A stretch of 64,000 bases of DNA from NCBI GenBank assembly GCA_965237415.1, contig CBDEFM010000002.1, positions 1,696,001-1,760,000 of the forward strand. Direction: 5' to 3'. Positions 61,701-64,000 of the stretch are shown here, one piece after another. A model generated the notes under the pieces. It did not search any database and had not been told where the DNA came from. It was given only the letters and a program-made list of their open reading frames with translations. Origin of the DNA: Alphaproteobacteria bacterium. Lineage in GTDB: Bacteria > Pseudomonadota > Alphaproteobacteria > UBA828. The position numbers were made by a program, and so were the translations under genes. Numbering within the stretch: position 1 is the first letter of the stretch; the number at the start of each line of letters is the position of its first letter.

Positions 61701-62482
61701 ATGACCGTCTGCACCGCCTTCTCGCCCGCGATGCCGGCGGTCATCATGCCGCCGTTGCCCTGCATCACCAGCAGCTCGGACTCGACCGCGCCTGCCTTGA
61801 GCCGGGCCGCGATGCGGTCGAGATAGCGGGTCATGATGGGCTGGATGTAGCCGTTGAGCGCGGCGGTGCTGCCGCGCTCGAACTCGCGCACCTCGCGCAG
61901 GATGTCGGAGCCCAGCGTGATCGGGATTTCAGGCCACACTTCGCGGGCGATGTCGCCGACGCGGCGCTCGTGGTCGGGATTGAGATAGGCGTGGATGAAG
62001 TGGATGACGAGCGCTTCGGCGCCAGCCGCGCGCGCCGCCTGGACCGCCGCCCTCACCTCCTCCTCGTCGAGCGCTGTCACCACCGCGCCCGAGGCGTCGA
62101 TCCGTTCCGTTACCTCGAAGCGTCTCTCGCGCGGCACGATGGGCTCGAAGCTGCCGAACATGCCCCACGGGTTGGGCCGTGTGCGCCGGCCGAGCTCCAG
62201 CGTATCGCGGAAGCCCTGGGTGGTGATGAGCGCGCAGCGCACGCCCTTGCGCTCCAGCACGGCGTTGGTGCCGACCGTGGTGCCGTGGACGACCGTCTCG
62301 AATCCATCCGCCGCCTCGCCGAGAACGGCGAGGCCCGCCATGAACCCGTCCGACTGATCCGCAGGCGTCGACGGCACCTTGGCGATGCGCATGGCGCCGG
62401 AGGCTTGATCCACCAGCAGCAGGTCGGTGAAGGTGCCGCCGACATCGACTCCGAGCCGGCCACGCGCGCGGGGCTCGCTCAT
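58715..62482 (-). CDS. Fused hydantoinase A+B (5-oxoprolinase-like) protein, about 1255 aa
   Basis: GVDVGGTFTD, SGPAAG, DMGGTSFD, then NDPYFGGTHLMD, EIQQEG, TPGGGG in one ORF. Confidence 0.93.
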   Translation of the reverse strand: MSEPRARGRLGVDVGGTFTDLLLVDQASGAMRIAKVPSTPADQSDGFMAGLAVLGEAADGFETVVHGTTVGTNAVLERKGVRCALITTQGFRDTLELGRRTRPNPWGMFGSFEPIVPRERRFEVTERIDASGAVVTALDEEEVRAAVQAARAAGAEALVIHFIHAYLNPDHERRVGDIAREVWPEIPITLGSDILREVREFERGSTAALNGYIQPIMTRYLDRIAARLKAGAVESELLVMQGNGGMMTAGIAGEKAVQTVMSGPAAGVIAAARLGATAGFPNLISCDMGGTSFDIAIVRGGVPATTTEKDIAYGMPLRVPMVDIQTIGAGGGSIARVDEGGILRVGPESAGAAPGPICYGKGGREPTVTDANLLLGRIDARAIGGLDSPPDIDDVRRIVRERIGAPLGLDEAEAAAAILKVVDHQMAGAARLVSVDKGHDPRDFALFAFGGAGPMHATAIARELGVPHVLVPRFPGITSALGCVLADVRHDFVRTLHQPLEDVDAGAADSILADQAAEGRALLAEEGVTVDRVEVEHEADLFYRGQSHVFRVPVGDEGFRAITVRDAFAALYRERFDIVLPEMQPILVNLRTTVRGIRPPLDLTLAPEDGGATLEAALIETRPVYFEGVWAETPIYRREALPGDATIAGPAVIQQLDTTILVEPGSEARADALGNLVLTVPRAAEEAGEGGERDLDPVTLAVIESGLEQVASEMDLVHQRTSFSPVISEAYDRSNGIYAPDTGQIIAQGELGLPIFLGVMQSTTQAVIEARDDLEPGDIVLVNDPYFGGTHLMDVKMVRPFFYKGRLWAYLSNTGHWPDTGGMVPGGFPSQATEIQQEGLRLPPVKLHRRGVLDDDILQIVLANIRVPEERIGDIRAQIGALSVGERRLTQLLDKHGEATVNAAIEVLKERSERRMRAHIASIPDGAYVFSSYMDSDGVDDKPLEVRVRVTVEGSNLSVDFEGSSPPCRGPVNSVWATTLASVYCAIKHIFPDVPINAGCFRPITVTPPHDTFLYAEYPRPVSGCAAETAQRIMEAVFGALGQAMPERMFAAPAGTSGNFSLGGDDPEEGRRYVMYIFSGGGYGGWWEDDGLTNGCSSVGISKTQPAEILEQHYPILFEEYALREGSGGAGRHRGGFGVSYRVRLLRGEAKASFMMDHGRTGPHGLAGGLPGAVNRIEVRRGNQVEEPPHLSKGEGYHLAPGDTVQVRTPGGGGLGDPRERSRQRVAADLSRGYLTEAEAARDYGYKPGADEAAE

Positions 62483-63435
62483 GGGCTGCCGTCTGCGCCG
62501 GCATCGGGCGCGGGCAACCCCAGGCCCTCCAGCGCGTCGCGCATCAGCTCCAACGCCATTCGCAGGAGGCGGGCGGAGGCCTCCGCGGTCATGAAGGCTG
62601 CGTGGGGCGTCAGCGTCGCGTTCTCCAACGCCGCCAGGGGATGGTCCCCGTCGATCGGCTCGTCGGCGAAGACATCGAGACCCGCTGCCCGAATCGTGCC
62701 GCCCTTCAGCGCCTCGACCAGGGCCGGCTCGTCGATGATTGCGCCGCGCGCGGTGTTGATCAGCATCGCGCCCCGGCGCATCAGGGCGAGGCGGCGCGCG
62801 TCGATGATGCCCCTGGTCTCGTCGTTGAGGCCGAGATGGAGCGACACCACATTGGCCTCGCCGAGCAGTGCGTCGAGGGTCTCGGCCGGGGTACAGGGGA
62901 GGTCGGACGGCACGCCGCTCCGGTTCCAGGCAATGACGTTCATGCCGATCCCGTTGCCGAGGCGCACCATCTCGCGGCCGACGCCGCCGGTGCCGACCAC
63001 CCCGAGGGTCTTGCCCGCGAACTCCACGCCATCGAGCGTGCGCCACGAGCCGGCGCGCAGCGCGCGGTCCATCCGCGCGGTCTGGCGGCCGCAGTCGAAC
63101 ATCAGCGCGAGCGCGTGCTCGGCAACCGTGACGTCGCCATAGCCCTTGATGGTGCGCACCTCGATGCCGAGCCGCTCCGCCGCCGCCACGTCGATGTAGC
63201 TCGACGCGCCGGTGCCCATGAAAACGATCACCTTGAGGGCGCGGCAGGCGGCAAGCACCTCCTCCGGCATGTAGGTGTGGTCGTTGATGACCCCGACCGC
63301 ATCGCCGACGTAGGCCGCCGCGTCGTCGCCCGGCACGTCGTCGACGGTCATGGCGAGGTCGGGAACGATCGCTCGGAGCTCGTCGTCGTAAAGCTCGGCC
63401 AGAAATGACGGACAGTCGAAGAAGATCGCGCGCAC
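62479..63435 (-). CDS. D-isomer specific 2-hydroxyacid dehydrogenase family
   Basis: TVAEHA, GVVGTGGVG, INTARG, GLDVFADEP, LTPHAA. Confidence 0.92.
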   Translation of the reverse strand: MRAIFFDCPSFLAELYDDELRAIVPDLAMTVDDVPGDDAAAYVGDAVGVINDHTYMPEEVLAACRALKVIVFMGTGASSYIDVAAAERLGIEVRTIKGYGDVTVAEHALALMFDCGRQTARMDRALRAGSWRTLDGVEFAGKTLGVVGTGGVGREMVRLGNGIGMNVIAWNRSGVPSDLPCTPAETLDALLGEANVVSLHLGLNDETRGIIDARRLALMRRGAMLINTARGAIIDEPALVEALKGGTIRAAGLDVFADEPIDGDHPLAALENATLTPHAAFMTAEASARLLRMALELMRDALEGLGLPAPDAGADGSP

Positions 63436-63512
63436 CGTTTGCCTCCGGATTGGCTATGGGTTACCGATTGTAGCAGGCGCCGCCGCCGGCGCGCCGGAAC
63501 CTTCAGCGCGGG

Positions 63513-64000
63513 TCACGAGCCGCCGTCCGCACCGCGGGAGGCGGCGGCCGTGCGGCGCCGGGCGCCGGTGTTGACCAGCCAGAGGCCGACGACCATGCAG
63601 GCAAGAGCCGCCCATACCCAGAGGCCGAGCGTCTCGTCGAAGATCAGCAGCGCCCAGAAGATGCCGGCTGCGACCACCAGATAGTTGAACTGTGCGAAGA
63701 AGACCGCGCCGGCGCGCCGTGTGACCTCCTGGAAACAATAGAAGGTGACGCAGTGGATCGCCGCAGCCCAGGCCATGCCGGCGATACCTTGCCATCCCGC
63801 GTCCGCGAAGAGATAGGGGCCGTCCGCCACCAGCATCACCGGCAGCATGACGGCGGCGGCGGCGAGCAGAATGCCGCAGGCGAGCGCGAGCGATTGCGTC
63901 TGCGGCGGCCTGTAGGCGGCGGCGACAACATTTGAGCCGGCGGCCGCGACCGCGGCCACCAGCGCCACCAGCATCCACACCCAGGCGCCGGCATCGGGCA
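63513..64000 (-). CDS. DMT/EamA-family transporter (partial; 5' end outside window)
   Basis: Hydrophobic helices; AGAVFFAQFNY..GIFWALLIFDE. Confidence 0.8.
   Translation of the reverse strand, partial: PDAGAWVWMLVALVAAVAAAGSNVVAAAYRPPQTQSLALACGILLAAAAVMLPVMLVADGPYLFADAGWQGIAGMAWAAAIHCVTFYCFQEVTRRAGAVFFAQFNYLVVAAGIFWALLIFDETLGLWVWAALACMVVGLWLVNTGARRRTAAASRGADGGS

Noticed and set aside
60110-63142. Very long opposite-strand or alternate-frame ORFs (e.g. 60110-63142 +, 26627-29335 -, 46301-48580 +, 35451-37517 +)
   Set aside because: Shadow ORFs expected at high GC; they overlap well-supported genes and show no recognisable motifs.

Overview
High-GC alphaproteobacterial chromosomal segment, inferred from an alpha-type LexA box (GTTC-N7-GTTC), the gltX-comEC-lexA block and phaR. 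It is dominated by catabolic genes for amides, cyclic amides and methylated amines: an amidase, three hydantoinase/oxoprolinase loci, a barbiturase-like enzyme with a cytosine deaminase-like neighbour, a Liv-type ABC transporter, and a modular corrinoid methyltransferase cluster with MttB. It also carries two tRNAs, an AT-richer LysR islet and a patch of gene remnants at 31.1-33.4 kb. The most unusual feature is a dispersed family of three related intergenic elements (about 35125-35476, 44865-45625 and 49636-49938). Each starts with the same palindromic box (CCCCG[G/C]ACCATGGTGCG) whose CCATGG core lies exactly 46 bp before an ATG. Each ends in 4-6 helically phased ATCCC[A/G]CTTA-type repeats that match a G-quadruplex pattern on the minus strand. 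One copy encodes a lone Mu-like Gp27/DUF3486 protein, and no other phage genes or transposase are present in the window. All family assignments are from motif recognition by eye; no database searches were run.
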